Assembly: GCF_041886205.1 (NCBI RefSeq)
Contig: NZ_CP169030.1
Strand: one strand, 5' to 3'
Length of the DNA stretch: 64,000 nucleotides
Origin: Escherichia coli
Lineage (GTDB): Bacteria; Pseudomonadota; Gammaproteobacteria; Enterobacterales; Enterobacteriaceae
The position numbers and the translations under genes are program-made. The notes under the pieces were generated by a model that saw only the letters and a program-made list of their open reading frames with translations, was not told where the DNA came from and ran no database searches. How positions within the stretch are numbered: position 1 is the stretch's first letter; each line of letters starts with the position of its first letter. Below are positions 38,997 through 50,079 of the stretch, one piece after another.

Positions 38997-39557
38997 TTAT
39001 TTCTCATCAAGCACGGCCTGAAGTTCTGCCTTTATCCGGTTCTGGCGGCGGATTTTATCCAGACGCTCTGCCGCATACGCTTCCTCCTCCTGAGAAATAT
39101 GCTCCGTCACATACCCTTCCGTGTCATACCGGCAGGCACCGGCTTTCATGGCACACAGATAGCTTTCTGAACGGGTGATGGCCTTCAGCGCCCTGCGCAG
39201 TTTTTTATGCGAGAGCGGGATATTCCGCTGCGCCACGTCTTCCAGTAACACGTCCCGGATACCGCAGGCCAGAAGCCGGGGCGTGTCACCGTCAAATAAT
39301 CCCGGCCACCAGGGCTTCAGGGTGTTCACGGCATCATCCAGCGTGGGCAGATTCAGATAAATGGACAGCGCCTGTCTGGCCTGCGCTTTTTTTGCCGCCA
39401 GCTCTGCTTCCCGGGCGGCTTTCTCGGCCAGCTTCTGCTTTTTCACCTTCCACTTTGGTGGCGTGGTGACATTGATGATGGTTTTCCGGCTGCGGACAAG
39501 CGTCTCCCCTTCTGTCTTCCGCTTCAGTGTCAGTACCGGTCGCTTCTGCTCTGTCAT
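38997..39557 (-). CDS. finO: FinO fertility inhibition RNA chaperone
   Basis: 186 aa starting [18 protein letters not shown]. Confidence 0.9.
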   Translation of the reverse strand: MTEQKRPVLTLKRKTEGETLVRSRKTIINVTTPPKWKVKKQKLAEKAAREAELAAKKAQARQALSIYLNLPTLDDAVNTLKPWWPGLFDGDTPRLLACGIRDVLLEDVAQRNIPLSHKKLRRALKAITRSESYLCAMKAGACRYDTEGYVTEHISQEEEAYAAERLDKIRRQNRIKAELQAVLDEK

Positions 39558-39611
39558 GCTGTGTTCTGCCTCTGACGAATCATCCTCTTGCGGCCAAAGA
39601 TACCACACCCG

Positions 39612-40358
39612 TCACAGCGCCAGAACGCCCAGCACAGCCAGATGACAGGCATAGAACGTCGGGAAAAAGTCTCCGGGCCAGAAACGGGATAATAATTTCC
39701 CTGCACACGACACCAGACCAACGGTCAGCACCGTCATCACAAGGCCGGCTACAGCCGCCGCATCACTGGTGGCAAGGTTAAGCGCCGGAATCACGGCCAG
39801 CAGGCAAGCGACAAGCACCAGACGTTCCATTCTGTCTTCCGCCCGGTACAGCCGGTGGCTGACAGCCAGCATCAGCAGCCCGGCAATGCCGTAACTGGTG
39901 CCGGACAAAGGCCCCCACAGTGCCATCATGAGAATGGCCGCTGCAGTACGCCACCCACTGCGCGTTTCACACCATGTCAGCACCTGTGCCGCCACTGCAA
40001 AGGCAAACAGGATATTCCCCTCATACCAGGGAAAGCCGGCAAAGTAATACCAGAACTGGGAAAAAACTGCCCATCCCCACAGCCGGTTAATGGCCAGTTG
40101 CCGGATATGCGCATGACGGGACAGATTCAGCCCCCACACCAGGGCAAACAGCGGAAAGGCCCCGCGCCCGGCCAGAAACATCCACGACTGGTCCAGATGC
40201 AGAATACGGTTTGCATGGTCCAGAACCATCAGCACCAGTGCCACCGTTTTGATGATATCCCGCTGTCCGGGTGACCAGACCAGCAACGACTGCAACCAGG
40301 TATCGGTCCGGGCAACCAGTGAATCGTTACGTGTCGTGTTCGTGTTATCCGTTGTCAT
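39612..40358 (-). CDS. traX: TraX F-pilin N-acetylase
   Basis: 248-aa polytopic membrane protein starting MTTDNTNTTRNDSLVARTDTW. Confidence 0.85.
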   Translation of the reverse strand: MTTDNTNTTRNDSLVARTDTWLQSLLVWSPGQRDIIKTVALVLMVLDHANRILHLDQSWMFLAGRGAFPLFALVWGLNLSRHAHIRQLAINRLWGWAVFSQFWYYFAGFPWYEGNILFAFAVAAQVLTWCETRSGWRTAAAILMMALWGPLSGTSYGIAGLLMLAVSHRLYRAEDRMERLVLVACLLAVIPALNLATSDAAAVAGLVMTVLTVGLVSCAGKLLSRFWPGDFFPTFYACHLAVLGVLAL

Positions 40359-40377
40359 CAGCGTTTGTCTTCCTGTA

Positions 40378-43300
40378 TCAGTCTCCACCCAGGGTTTTCT
40401 CTTTCTGCAGGTCGCGGACCATATCCCGCTCCATCTGCTGAAGTCGCTCCTGCAGCAGATTTTCCCGGGCAATTTCCCTGACAGCTTCCCGCACCCGTTG
40501 AGGTTCACGCAGTACACCCTCCGGCAGCGCGGCTTCCCGTTCAGTTATGGCAGCCCGGTCACGCTCCTGCCCGGCAATCTCCCTGACAGCCTGCTCTGTT
40601 TTGCCATCCGGCAGGTCAGGTTTGTTCTCTGCCATTTTACGGACAATTTCATCTGCGCGGCGTTCCGTTTCACGACGGATGGCCTCTTCAGCCTGCCGCT
40701 GTGCCAGCACCTCTGCCGTGACCGGTTCGCCATTTCCGGCTCCCGGCCGGACACTGTTGTCCGGGATATCCCCCCACACGCGACCACCGGTGATGGCACC
40801 GGGATTCCACGGACGACCTTCACCGGCGATTCTCACCACCACACCGCTGTCAGGATTATCACGGGCAATCCGGACACCATCCTGCATATTATCAGCCAGC
40901 AGGCTCTCTCCGTTACGGCTGCCCTGCAGGGCCACGAACTGCGCATCCCCGCTGCCTTTCACCCGTCCTTCACCACTGAATCCCCGAAGTCCGTTTCCGT
41001 CATCCGTGGTCAGTGGGTTCAGCCAGATACCGGCGGACTTGCCGTTACGGTCAAAGGCCGGCAGGGCTACATACGGCTGCGGATATTTGCGCCCCGGTGC
41101 AATAAACCGTGCAGGACTGTCTCCCCCGGCCAGCCCTGCCTGACGGAGAACGGCACGACCAGCTGCCACGTCCCGCAGCTCCCGCGCCGTACTGAACAGC
41201 CGCTGCGCATTCATGACCTCCCGGTCAGCCCCCGGCTCCAGCACATCGTGAGCCGTTCCTTTCTGTACGGCTTTGCTGATGGCATCCGTCCAGCCCTGAC
41301 GGTTATCGGTGTACACCTGCACATGCTGCTTCATACGCGACAGGGCCACGTAGGCTGACTCAAAGCCGGCCATCAGTTTCCGGCTGCCTTCCGTACCTTC
41401 AAGCGCGATGGCAAAGGTTTCACTTGCCCCCTGCGCACCGTGAGCGGTGATGGCATAGGCCAGGTCAATATGTTGCTCTGCCCGCTCCTTGGCGGGGCGA
41501 ATCACCCGGGTCTGCTGTCCGCCCGACAGCGTGACACTGTCACCGGAAACCGCTGTCACCGTCCAGACGCTGTTGGCCACATAACCACGCTCCCGGTCAC
41601 TCTTCGTGAAGCGCATCCGGTCACCGGTTCCCACCCTGATGGTGTCCGGGGTGTACAGTGTGACACCTTCAGCCACCGCCTCCCGGGGAGAAATCAGCCG
41701 CGTGTTACCTTCCGCATCCTGCAGGGTTATCAGCCCGTCATCCTTACTGATACCGGCAATCCGGTGATACACATTATCCACCAGGACAAGTGCGTCCCGA
41801 TGTGTCTCCCAGGTGGAGAGACGACGCAGCTCCCCGTCACGTATATTCGCTGTGTTCAGGACAGACACCATGACCTGCTCTTTCCCCAGCTCACCGGCCT
41901 TTTCCCGTACATCATGAATCATGCTGTTCAGTACGCGCCGGTCCTCATTCAGGTGCGTGACAATCAGCGTCTGCTCCCGTGCTTCCGGTGTTCTGCCGGT
42001 ATAGTCGCGGACAATGGCTTCATACAGTGTCATGGGGACATCCGGAAAAGCCTCGCCTTTCAGCATCGCCTTCTGCTGCGCTTCTGCCAGTTTCGCTTCC
42101 TGGCTGTGACTGAACTCCGTCACGGAGTGCTCCGGTGCCCATGCGCCCTCCTGACGTGGCACCTGAGACGGTTTCACACTCTCAAGCCCGGACAGTGCCC
42201 TTTCCACATCCCGGTTAATCAGGCTGTATACCGCCTCCCGCAGTTCCGGCGTCTGACGCACAATCTCCTTCATGATGGCCACATCGGCAGCACTGCGCGT
42301 CTGCTGGAGACGGAAAGGCTGACCGGGCGCGATGGCCTGCAGCTGGTCCGTGTCACCACTGGCCACCGCCCTACCGCCACCGGCCGCAATCAGGGCGTAT
42401 GCCCGTGCCATGTCGGTATTGCCCACCATTGAGCTCTCATCGAGCAGGAACAGCGTGTTGCTGAAATCCGGCGTTTCTCCGCTGCGCTGCTGCAGCTGCG
42501 TGTCATGCAGAAAGGACGCCAGTGTCTGCGCATCCACGCCGGCGCTGCGCATCTCCCCGACCGCACGGTGTGTGGGACCCAGCCCCACGACTCGGGGACG
42601 CTCACTCTCCGGCAGCATGTTCACGGCTGACATCACCGCCCGGAACTGTGTGGTCTTACCCACACCGGCATAGCCCTGTACCACCGTGAAACGGTCGGAC
42701 GTTTCCAGTATCATGCGGGTGGCGGCACGCTGTCCTGATGTCAGTTTCTCCATGAGTTCGCCAGGTACTCTCTCCATCAGCGGCATGACCGCCTCCTTAC
42801 CTTCGAGAATATGGCGAAGAATGCTCTTTTCTGCCTCATACGACGCACGGGAAACCAGCAGACCTGTGCCATAGCCTTTTGCCACATCCACATACAGTAA
42901 ATCACCCCGTTTTATCTGCGCATTGATTTCCCCTCCCAGTTCAGTAAAACCGGTTCCTTCTGCAGCAAACGACTTTGCCTCTGTCAGCAGGTCCACCATG
43001 CTGAAGGCCAGTTTTTTACTTTCCACCACCGGAAGGGCAAGATGAATGGCCTGCTGTGCCGGCGTGTGAAGTGCGGACTTCTGATGACTGATAGCCGTTT
43101 CCAGCGATGTCTCACCGGCCCGCGTCTTTATCTGCTCAGAAACCACCGTAAAGGACGGATGGCGGGCAAGTTTTTCCGCAGTACGGGTTTCATCCAGTGA
43201 GGAATACAGCCGGACATCACGACCACTGCGGGCCAGACCGTTCAGGGTGGCATTGTCCATTGCCATCTGTGTGACGGAGGCAAAAACCGTCGCACTGTCG

Positions 43301-45648
43301 CTGACGGAATGCCCGGGCGTTTCCACCCAGCCGTTCTCCAGCTTCAGTGCCGTGAACGGTGAATCGCTCACAGGCAGGGTGGCCGGTTCAGCCCGTCCCG
43401 GCACAACAACCGTCATCGTGTCCTCACTGACGGACGACACCTGCAGGCGGTCACCGCCGGAGACGCGGAGTCCGGGAATTTTCCCTGTCACCCTCAGACG
43501 CTCGCCGTCTGCCACCGGCATTTTTTCCGGCCGGAACAGCGACCAGCTGCTGTCCAGAGAAGAAATACGCACCACCTGCGTTTCGCCCTGCGCATCCCGC
43601 AGGGTCAGGCTGTGACTCTGCGCCGTCACCCGGTCTATCACATAGCGGTCATGACTGCGTGTCTCCGGGTTCCACTGCTCCATCACCATCCCCGGGCGGT
43701 ACATATCCCGCAGATAACGACTCCGGCTGTCCAGCCAGACCGGTGACAGCGCGGTCATGGTCACCTCCGGATGTCCGAGTACGCCCTGTGTTTTCAGCTC
43801 ACTGCGAATGGTCTGAGTCAGCATGGCCTGTTCCCGTACTCCACTGACCTGCGCCACGCTCTCTTCTCCGGCTTTCACGCTGACCGCAAAATCTCCGGCC
43901 AGCCGGGCATAGCGGACATTACGGTCCGGTTCACTGATGATGGTTGCCGGTCGCTGTTCTCCCCCCTGCCAGCGATATGTGTTCACTCCGGCATCCTTCA
44001 TGGCCATCAGCGCACTGCCGGTACCGGTCCGCTGCCCGCTGTCGATTATCAGGACCTGTACGTTATGCCGTGCGGCACCGTCCAGCAGAGTTAACGTCTC
44101 TTTCAGGGAGAGTTTTTCGCCCTGGTCGACGATAACGGTACTGCCCGGCGTGAAGGTCATGCCCTCCAGCAGCTGACGCCGCCCGGTTATCAGCTCACCG
44201 GACAGACGCTCATCCTGCTTCATGTTCATCTGCGAGCGACGGTCAGCAGCGATAATCTGCACCTCCCGCCCCTGCTCCCGGGCCATCATGACCAGTTCAG
44301 CCACCCGCTCACGCTGCCCGGCTGCACCGCCCTGCCCGGACACAATGGCCAGCGACGGGCGATCCTGTGCCAGCACGCTGACGGCATCGCTGTAACCGGC
44401 CGTCCGGGGAACACTTTTCTCCGGATGTACGGTCACCCGGTTCTGTTTCATGATGTCACGACTGAGTGCCCGGACTGACAGCTCATCGAGCACATGAATC
44501 CCGGACGTGAACAGCCCCTTCTCACGGTCGAGGGGGATAAGCTGCTCACGGCTGATGGCCTCATCGATACCGGCGCGTGCCCGTTCAATCACACCATTTT
44601 CCGGCGGCAGTATGCCGACCGTTCTGGCCAGTACGTCCGTGTACGTGAACTGCACTTTTCGTTCACTTAATCCGGCAATCGCCTGTGTCACCGCCTGCTG
44701 CACATCCGGCCCGTCCTGTGAAGCAGGCCCGGGCGTCAGCGTGCGGAGATCCGCACGCTGATCCGCCGCGTCACGATATGCCCGGATGTCGAACCCGGTT
44801 TCCTTCAGCGTCTGCATCCACTCGGCCATTTTGATCTCCGGATCGACATGCTGTTTGGATTTACGCGTATCCAGCGCCGCCACATCCCGGGATTTCAGCG
44901 AGGCGTCTTCCCCGACGGCCTCCCGGATAGTCTGTGAGCGTCCGGAAAAGGCCTCCACCGGTACACCCGGCATTTCCCACATACCGTGCTTACCAACCAC
45001 TTCAGTTTCATAGCCCAGCGCCTCAACCTGCTCTTTCAGTTTTTCCCGGTAGAGCCTGCCAAAGGCAATCTGATTAGCGTACACATTCTCAATGAACCCC
45101 GTTTTCCCCACTTTGTCACTGCTCAGTGTCTTCCATTCGCCATTATGCTGCGTGACATTAGCCACCACCGCATGCGTGTGTAACTGTGGTTCCTGATCGC
45201 GACTGGTGTCGTGGTTAAACAGTGCCATCACCAGATTACCGGTCAGCACCGTTTCTGACTGTCCGTCCGTCATCACCCGTGTGGAGGCCAGCGCCTCCAC
45301 CTGACGGACAGCAAAATCCACGGCCTGATTATGTGCATCAATCAGGCGCTTATCGCCACCTAACATGGCCATCATGGAGACACTTTTGGGGGCGGAGAAG
45401 GTCAGATCGTAGCCGGGACGATGCCTGTTACTGCCATCCTGCATGCGGCTTAGATCCGCTCCGTCCGGCAGCCTGCCCTCCAGAAGACGGGTAAAAACAT
45501 CCTTATCGACACTGCCCTGCAGCCCCAGCTGTTCAGCCCCCCTGCCGGCCCAGCGTTCTCCCATGCTGCCCAGCACATAGTAATTATCCTTGTCGGTATA
45601 ATAGTTCCCGGCACTTCCGGCCGATCTGACCTGCGCAATACTCATCAT
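40378..45648 (-). CDS. traI: TraI relaxase/helicase (1756 aa)
   Basis: N-terminal relaxase domain, two helicase Walker A motifs (GYAGVGKT), starts MMSIAQVRSAGSAGNYY. Confidence 0.95.
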   Translation of the reverse strand: MMSIAQVRSAGSAGNYYTDKDNYYVLGSMGERWAGRGAEQLGLQGSVDKDVFTRLLEGRLPDGADLSRMQDGSNRHRPGYDLTFSAPKSVSMMAMLGGDKRLIDAHNQAVDFAVRQVEALASTRVMTDGQSETVLTGNLVMALFNHDTSRDQEPQLHTHAVVANVTQHNGEWKTLSSDKVGKTGFIENVYANQIAFGRLYREKLKEQVEALGYETEVVGKHGMWEMPGVPVEAFSGRSQTIREAVGEDASLKSRDVAALDTRKSKQHVDPEIKMAEWMQTLKETGFDIRAYRDAADQRADLRTLTPGPASQDGPDVQQAVTQAIAGLSERKVQFTYTDVLARTVGILPPENGVIERARAGIDEAISREQLIPLDREKGLFTSGIHVLDELSVRALSRDIMKQNRVTVHPEKSVPRTAGYSDAVSVLAQDRPSLAIVSGQGGAAGQRERVAELVMMAREQGREVQIIAADRRSQMNMKQDERLSGELITGRRQLLEGMTFTPGSTVIVDQGEKLSLKETLTLLDGAARHNVQVLIIDSGQRTGTGSALMAMKDAGVNTYRWQGGEQRPATIISEPDRNVRYARLAGDFAVSVKAGEESVAQVSGVREQAMLTQTIRSELKTQGVLGHPEVTMTALSPVWLDSRSRYLRDMYRPGMVMEQWNPETRSHDRYVIDRVTAQSHSLTLRDAQGETQVVRISSLDSSWSLFRPEKMPVADGERLRVTGKIPGLRVSGGDRLQVSSVSEDTMTVVVPGRAEPATLPVSDSPFTALKLENGWVETPGHSVSDSATVFASVTQMAMDNATLNGLARSGRDVRLYSSLDETRTAEKLARHPSFTVVSEQIKTRAGETSLETAISHQKSALHTPAQQAIHLALPVVESKKLAFSMVDLLTEAKSFAAEGTGFTELGGEINAQIKRGDLLYVDVAKGYGTGLLVSRASYEAEKSILRHILEGKEAVMPLMERVPGELMEKLTSGQRAATRMILETSDRFTVVQGYAGVGKTTQFRAVMSAVNMLPESERPRVVGLGPTHRAVGEMRSAGVDAQTLASFLHDTQLQQRSGETPDFSNTLFLLDESSMVGNTDMARAYALIAAGGGRAVASGDTDQLQAIAPGQPFRLQQTRSAADVAIMKEIVRQTPELREAVYSLINRDVERALSGLESVKPSQVPRQEGAWAPEHSVTEFSHSQEAKLAEAQQKAMLKGEAFPDVPMTLYEAIVRDYTGRTPEAREQTLIVTHLNEDRRVLNSMIHDVREKAGELGKEQVMVSVLNTANIRDGELRRLSTWETHRDALVLVDNVYHRIAGISKDDGLITLQDAEGNTRLISPREAVAEGVTLYTPDTIRVGTGDRMRFTKSDRERGYVANSVWTVTAVSGDSVTLSGGQQTRVIRPAKERAEQHIDLAYAITAHGAQGASETFAIALEGTEGSRKLMAGFESAYVALSRMKQHVQVYTDNRQGWTDAISKAVQKGTAHDVLEPGADREVMNAQRLFSTARELRDVAAGRAVLRQAGLAGGDSPARFIAPGRKYPQPYVALPAFDRNGKSAGIWLNPLTTDDGNGLRGFSGEGRVKGSGDAQFVALQGSRNGESLLADNMQDGVRIARDNPDSGVVVRIAGEGRPWNPGAITGGRVWGDIPDNSVRPGAGNGEPVTAEVLAQRQAEEAIRRETERRADEIVRKMAENKPDLPDGKTEQAVREIAGQERDRAAITEREAALPEGVLREPQRVREAVREIARENLLQERLQQMERDMVRDLQKEKTLGGD

Positions 45649-45729
45649 AAACGTATATCCCTTTGACATATCCCGGCATCAATCCCACAATGGATATACA
45701 CAAGACATATCCACATAAGGAGGCAAATA

Positions 45730-45957
45730 ATGGAAACCACCGTATTTCTCAGCAACCGCAGCCAGGCGGTCAGACTGCCAAAAGCGGTTGCATTGCCGGA
45801 AAACGTAAAACGCGTTGAAGTGATTGCTGTCGGACGAACCCGAATCATTACGCCTGCCGGAGAGACATGGGACGAATGGTTCGACGGAAACAGTGTCAGC
45901 GCTGATTTTATGGATAACAGGGAACAGCCTGGTATGCAGGAAAGGGAGTCATTCTGA
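45730..45957 (+). CDS. vapB: VapB-type antitoxin (second vapBC module)
   Basis: 75 aa SpoVT/AbrB-like (VFLSNRSQAVRLPKAV), stop overlaps vapC start. Confidence 0.75.
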   Translation: METTVFLSNRSQAVRLPKAVALPENVKRVEVIAVGRTRIITPAGETWDEWFDGNSVSADFMDNREQPGMQERESF

Positions 45958-46355
45958 TGCTGAAGTTTATGCTCGATACCAACATCTGCATTTTTACGAT
46001 AAAGAACAAACCCGCCAGTGTCAGGGAACGTTTTAACCTGAACCAGGGGAGAATGTGCATCAGTTCGGTCACTCTGATGGAGGTGATATATGGTGCAGAA
46101 AAAAGCCAGATGCCTGAACGTAATCTCGCTGTGATCGAGGGATTTGTTTCCCGCATTGACGTTCTGGATTACGACGCTGCTGCTGCCACACACACCGGCC
46201 AGATAAGAGCAGAACTTGCCCTTCAGGGACGCCCTGTCGGGCCATTTGATCAAATGATCGCAGGTCATGCCCGCAGTCGGGGACTGATTATTGTGACTAA
46301 TAACACCCGGGAATTTGAACGTGTGGGCGGCCTGAGAATTGAAGACTGGAGTTGA
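45957..46355 (+). CDS. vapC: VapC PIN-domain toxin (second vapBC module)
   Basis: 132 aa MLKFMLDTNICIF ... VTNNTREFERV. Confidence 0.8.
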   Translation: MLKFMLDTNICIFTIKNKPASVRERFNLNQGRMCISSVTLMEVIYGAEKSQMPERNLAVIEGFVSRIDVLDYDAAAATHTGQIRAELALQGRPVGPFDQMIAGHARSRGLIIVTNNTREFERVGGLRIEDWS

Positions 46356-46363
46356 CCTGTTCA

Positions 46364-48517
46364 TCAGAAATCATCTCCCGGCTCAACATCCTCCCCGCGC
46401 TCCCGGTGCACATTAATGTTCACCTCTTCACGACGCTGCATCTGCTGCTGGATGTCCGGATGATTTTCCTGTTGCCATGCCTCATAAGCGGCCATATCCA
46501 CCACTTCACCGGATTCACTGATCCCGGGTGGCAGTTGCTGTTCCATCTCTTCTTCCGGTTTCATTTTCAGCTCCTGCTCGATCCCCCCTGCCGGAACATT
46601 CACACCTGAATCTGACTTCTTATCGTTGATGGCAGGAGACACCGGCTGTTGCGGCTGTTCAGCCTGAGTCACGTCTTCTCCGGAAACAACCTCCGGGACA
46701 TCCGGTTCGAAGAGGCTGGCCATCTGACGACCTTCTGCTTCCCTTGCGGCAAGTACGGCACTCAGACGGTTCTCCATTTCCGGGTTGATGTCACGCGGAA
46801 TAAACTCCGGAGCGACCTTCGGTCGTGTCTGATATTTCAGAGAGAGTTTTACTGCCGGATACGGTCCGGGCAGGGTGACATAACAGGTCAGATCCGGCAG
46901 AGACTGAATGTCGGAATAACTGACCAGCGTCTGGCGCTCCATATCCTTACCGGTCGATACCCCGTCACGTACCGGATCAGCACCGTAGGAATACTGCTCG
47001 CTGGCTTTCAGGTGCTCTTTCTCACCAATTTCACCGGCAGCGAACTCTGCAATCTTATGGCTGGGAGAACGGAAAAAGGCACGGGTGTTCATGACGTCAA
47101 ACAGCGAGGCAGCCGCTTTCTCACCGTAGATATCTTCCAGCTGGGCATAGGACTGGATACCAAACACATAACAGCCACCGAACTTACGGGCTTCCGGCAG
47201 GATCTCCACCAGGTCCGGCAGTTTGTGTAACGTGGGTAACTCATCACAGAAAAACCACACACGACGGTTACGGTTTTCTCCCATTGCCAGCAGACCACGA
47301 ATGGCAATGGACAGCCACATGGAGATCACCGGCTTCAGGGAGGCATGGGTGTCGGCATTCGACGAAATAAACAGCCAGCCGTTTTTCTGATCTTCCCGGA
47401 CACCACGCATCCAGTCACGGATGGTAAAAGGCTCACCGTTATGCTCAATCCCCTGCAGGTAACGGATGGCTTTCACGTAGTTGGTCAGCACAGCACGGAT
47501 GGAAATCGCCGTTTTCTCAATTTTCTCTTCCACCAGGTTGGCCGCCGGTGAATTACGCAGGTAGGTACGCAGTTTTTCAATTTTGATGGAAAGCAGTGTG
47601 TCCACCAGTTTGCTGTAGCTGCGGTTGGGGTCATTACGCATCAGATACGCCGCTTCCGCAAAAATGGTACGTCCTGAACCCTGCCAGAACGGGTCCTCTT
47701 TTGTACCCATCGGGATCAGAGTATTTGCGGTATTATCAAAATCCGGCTGTGTCAGGCACTCCTTCCACAAATCCCAGGCGGCACAGCGGGCATCCAGCGG
47801 ATTCAGGATTTTATCGATGGAGGGATCATAGTAACTTTTAACAAATTCCCCCGAACGGTCATAAATCACCACCATATCACCGCGCTGACGGGCGTAGTTG
47901 GCCAGACGACGGATAACTTCCGACTTACCGGCCCCGACCGTGCCGTGCAGACAGAAGTTCTGGATTTCGGAATCCCGGATAATCGGCAGGTCTCCAATCC
48001 GGATATCGGAGTCCTTGCCGTCTTTTTTCAGCATCCGGGCAACGTCTTTCGGATTGTCTGTCAGCTGACGACCACCTGTGACTTCATTTTCGCTCTGTTG
48101 TTTACCCTGACGCCCCAGAATCCAGGAGACAACAAAGAAGGTAATCAGGCAAATAACCAGTGCCACAACAGCAGCCAGCACGAAGGCGGACCATAACTGC
48201 TCACTGCACCAGATCATATATTTGTCATGCAGTACCTGAGCAGCGTTCATGCGGAAGGTTTTACCGTAATACTGGATCTCATAGACCGGCTGGGATTTGA
48301 TTAAATCCCGCATGCCTTCCAGCGTGGTACACCACCAGTAAATACAGCCGTTCACAAACGTCTGCCAGCTTATTTTTATCCATAAAACCAGACCAACGAG
48401 TATCCAGAAAAAAATAAACAGGCAGTAAAGCATGATATTGGCGATCTGGCTGAACATGCGGATACGCATGGACGCAATCTGACCGCCCTGGGTCATATCC
48501 TTTGCGTTAAAACTCAT
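46364..48517 (-). CDS. traD: TraD type IV coupling protein
   Basis: 717 aa with Walker A GTVGAGKS and Gln/Pro-rich C-terminal tail. Confidence 0.95.
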   Translation of the reverse strand: MSFNAKDMTQGGQIASMRIRMFSQIANIMLYCLFIFFWILVGLVLWIKISWQTFVNGCIYWWCTTLEGMRDLIKSQPVYEIQYYGKTFRMNAAQVLHDKYMIWCSEQLWSAFVLAAVVALVICLITFFVVSWILGRQGKQQSENEVTGGRQLTDNPKDVARMLKKDGKDSDIRIGDLPIIRDSEIQNFCLHGTVGAGKSEVIRRLANYARQRGDMVVIYDRSGEFVKSYYDPSIDKILNPLDARCAAWDLWKECLTQPDFDNTANTLIPMGTKEDPFWQGSGRTIFAEAAYLMRNDPNRSYSKLVDTLLSIKIEKLRTYLRNSPAANLVEEKIEKTAISIRAVLTNYVKAIRYLQGIEHNGEPFTIRDWMRGVREDQKNGWLFISSNADTHASLKPVISMWLSIAIRGLLAMGENRNRRVWFFCDELPTLHKLPDLVEILPEARKFGGCYVFGIQSYAQLEDIYGEKAAASLFDVMNTRAFFRSPSHKIAEFAAGEIGEKEHLKASEQYSYGADPVRDGVSTGKDMERQTLVSYSDIQSLPDLTCYVTLPGPYPAVKLSLKYQTRPKVAPEFIPRDINPEMENRLSAVLAAREAEGRQMASLFEPDVPEVVSGEDVTQAEQPQQPVSPAINDKKSDSGVNVPAGGIEQELKMKPEEEMEQQLPPGISESGEVVDMAAYEAWQQENHPDIQQQMQRREEVNINVHRERGEDVEPGDDF

Positions 48518-48769
48518 GATGATATTCCGAAGAAAAAAAGTCAGTCGGACTGATTATTAATGATGAAAAGATTAATAACCGTTAAATTCCGGCTTCGCCG
48601 GCAACACTTCACGGTCGCACAAAGAATTTGCACAACCGCTCAGTGTTTTCATATTTATTTCGGAAACGCCGGGGAGAAATAAAATTTATTTTATTTCTTT
48701 CCGGGGTTGGACAACGAGCAAAGCGAGGCGTCAGTCAGGAGGCCGGTCAGACCAGCCTCCGGAAGATAA

Positions 48770-49501
48770 TCAGAGAATATTTGCGATTGATTTGGCCAGC
48801 TGGTCTTCGAGAACAGGCTTCGCCTCTTCAAATTTCAGGTTAACCTTGTTCGCATTTGAGACCACACGGGTCTGGTATTTATGCTGGTTACCTGTTTCTG
48901 TACTGGTCTGAATTTTCGCACCTGATGTGCCCTGACGCAGGGCGGCAACATTATCCGTTGTCACCGTTGCCTTAGTACGCTCTGCAATCTGCACATCCGT
49001 GATCATGGTATAGTTCACATCTTCCACCATCGCATCTGCAGCCATACCCACCAGACCGGCAGCAAGGCCCACACCGAGTGTGGCACCGGCAGAATTGGAA
49101 TTATATCCGGTGATACCGGCACCTAACGCTGCACCAACTGCTGCGCCTTCATAACCACGGTTCAGCCATCCCTGAGACTCCCGCAGATCCATCTTATCGG
49201 CCTTCAGCACATTCGCCTGAATCCAGTAGTAGGCTTTATCCGGAGAAGTCACCACCTGATACCCTTTTGCTTTCACAGCATCAGCAATTTTGCCCTGCAG
49301 CCCACTCATGTCTTTATCAGACGTGTTTTTGATCTGCAGAAATACCGTGCGTTCGCTGGCGGGTTCAAGCCAGATGGTCTCACTCATCTGAGTCTTCACC
49401 TCAAGGTTACGCTTCTTGATTGCTGTGCTCATCGCACCACACCCTGAAAGGGCCAGAGTGGAACTGACCAGTGCAACCATCATTAGTTTTTTTGTTTTCA
49501 T
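48770..49501 (-). CDS. traT: TraT surface exclusion lipoprotein
   Basis: Signal peptide with lipobox LALSGC. Confidence 0.9.
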   Translation of the reverse strand: MKTKKLMMVALVSSTLALSGCGAMSTAIKKRNLEVKTQMSETIWLEPASERTVFLQIKNTSDKDMSGLQGKIADAVKAKGYQVVTSPDKAYYWIQANVLKADKMDLRESQGWLNRGYEGAAVGAALGAGITGYNSNSAGATLGVGLAAGLVGMAADAMVEDVNYTMITDVQIAERTKATVTTDNVAALRQGTSGAKIQTSTETGNQHKYQTRVVSNANKVNLKFEEAKPVLEDQLAKSIANIL

Positions 49502-49525
49502 CATATATTTACTCTCTAATATCTT

Positions 49526-50047
49526 TTATTTTACTCTTGATAACTTCTTGTTTTTGACGTAACTATTGATTGCATCAATAACACCAACAAATTGATATCT
49601 ACCGATATCTAATTGAATCAAGAACGCCATAATAACCGTCACTAAAATTGCGCCAAAACCGTATATAATCCCTCCACCTAAAAAAGACCATAAAAATATA
49701 ACTCCCATATACACAATGAAATACACTTTAAGTTTTGATGATATAACCCTCATTACGGATGATGTCTTTAGGAATTCTTCCGGCAGAGAGAAATATAACA
49801 TCCTAATCCTTGCCACAATAAACAGAATAATAAGTCCAAGCCATCCTCCGGCTAACACAGCAGTGAGTGTTTCACTTGTCTTTTGTGTTATTAGAAATGA
49901 CATTAGCAAGGGACAAAAAATCATCCACCCCATGATGATAAGCCCGGGTTTTAATCCCTGCCATAGTGACGGAATTCTAATATCTCCTGAGTCAATATGT
50001 TTCTTTAAAACTTCCAACTCACTACTGATAATTTGTTGTGTAATCAT
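49526..50047 (-). CDS. traS: TraS entry exclusion protein
   Basis: 173-aa hydrophobic protein between traG and traT. Confidence 0.75.
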   Translation of the reverse strand: MITQQIISSELEVLKKHIDSGDIRIPSLWQGLKPGLIIMGWMIFCPLLMSFLITQKTSETLTAVLAGGWLGLIILFIVARIRMLYFSLPEEFLKTSSVMRVISSKLKVYFIVYMGVIFLWSFLGGGIIYGFGAILVTVIMAFLIQLDIGRYQFVGVIDAINSYVKNKKLSRVK

Positions 50048-50079
50048 GGTCTCTCCATACCCTACCCAACATGTTATGA

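Noticed and set aside
40249-45500. Many long plus-strand ORFs (e.g. 40249-41358, 41440-42432, 40547-41143) inside traI
   Set aside because: They lie antisense to a gene confidently identified as traI and are typical open frames of GC-rich coding DNA, not independent genes
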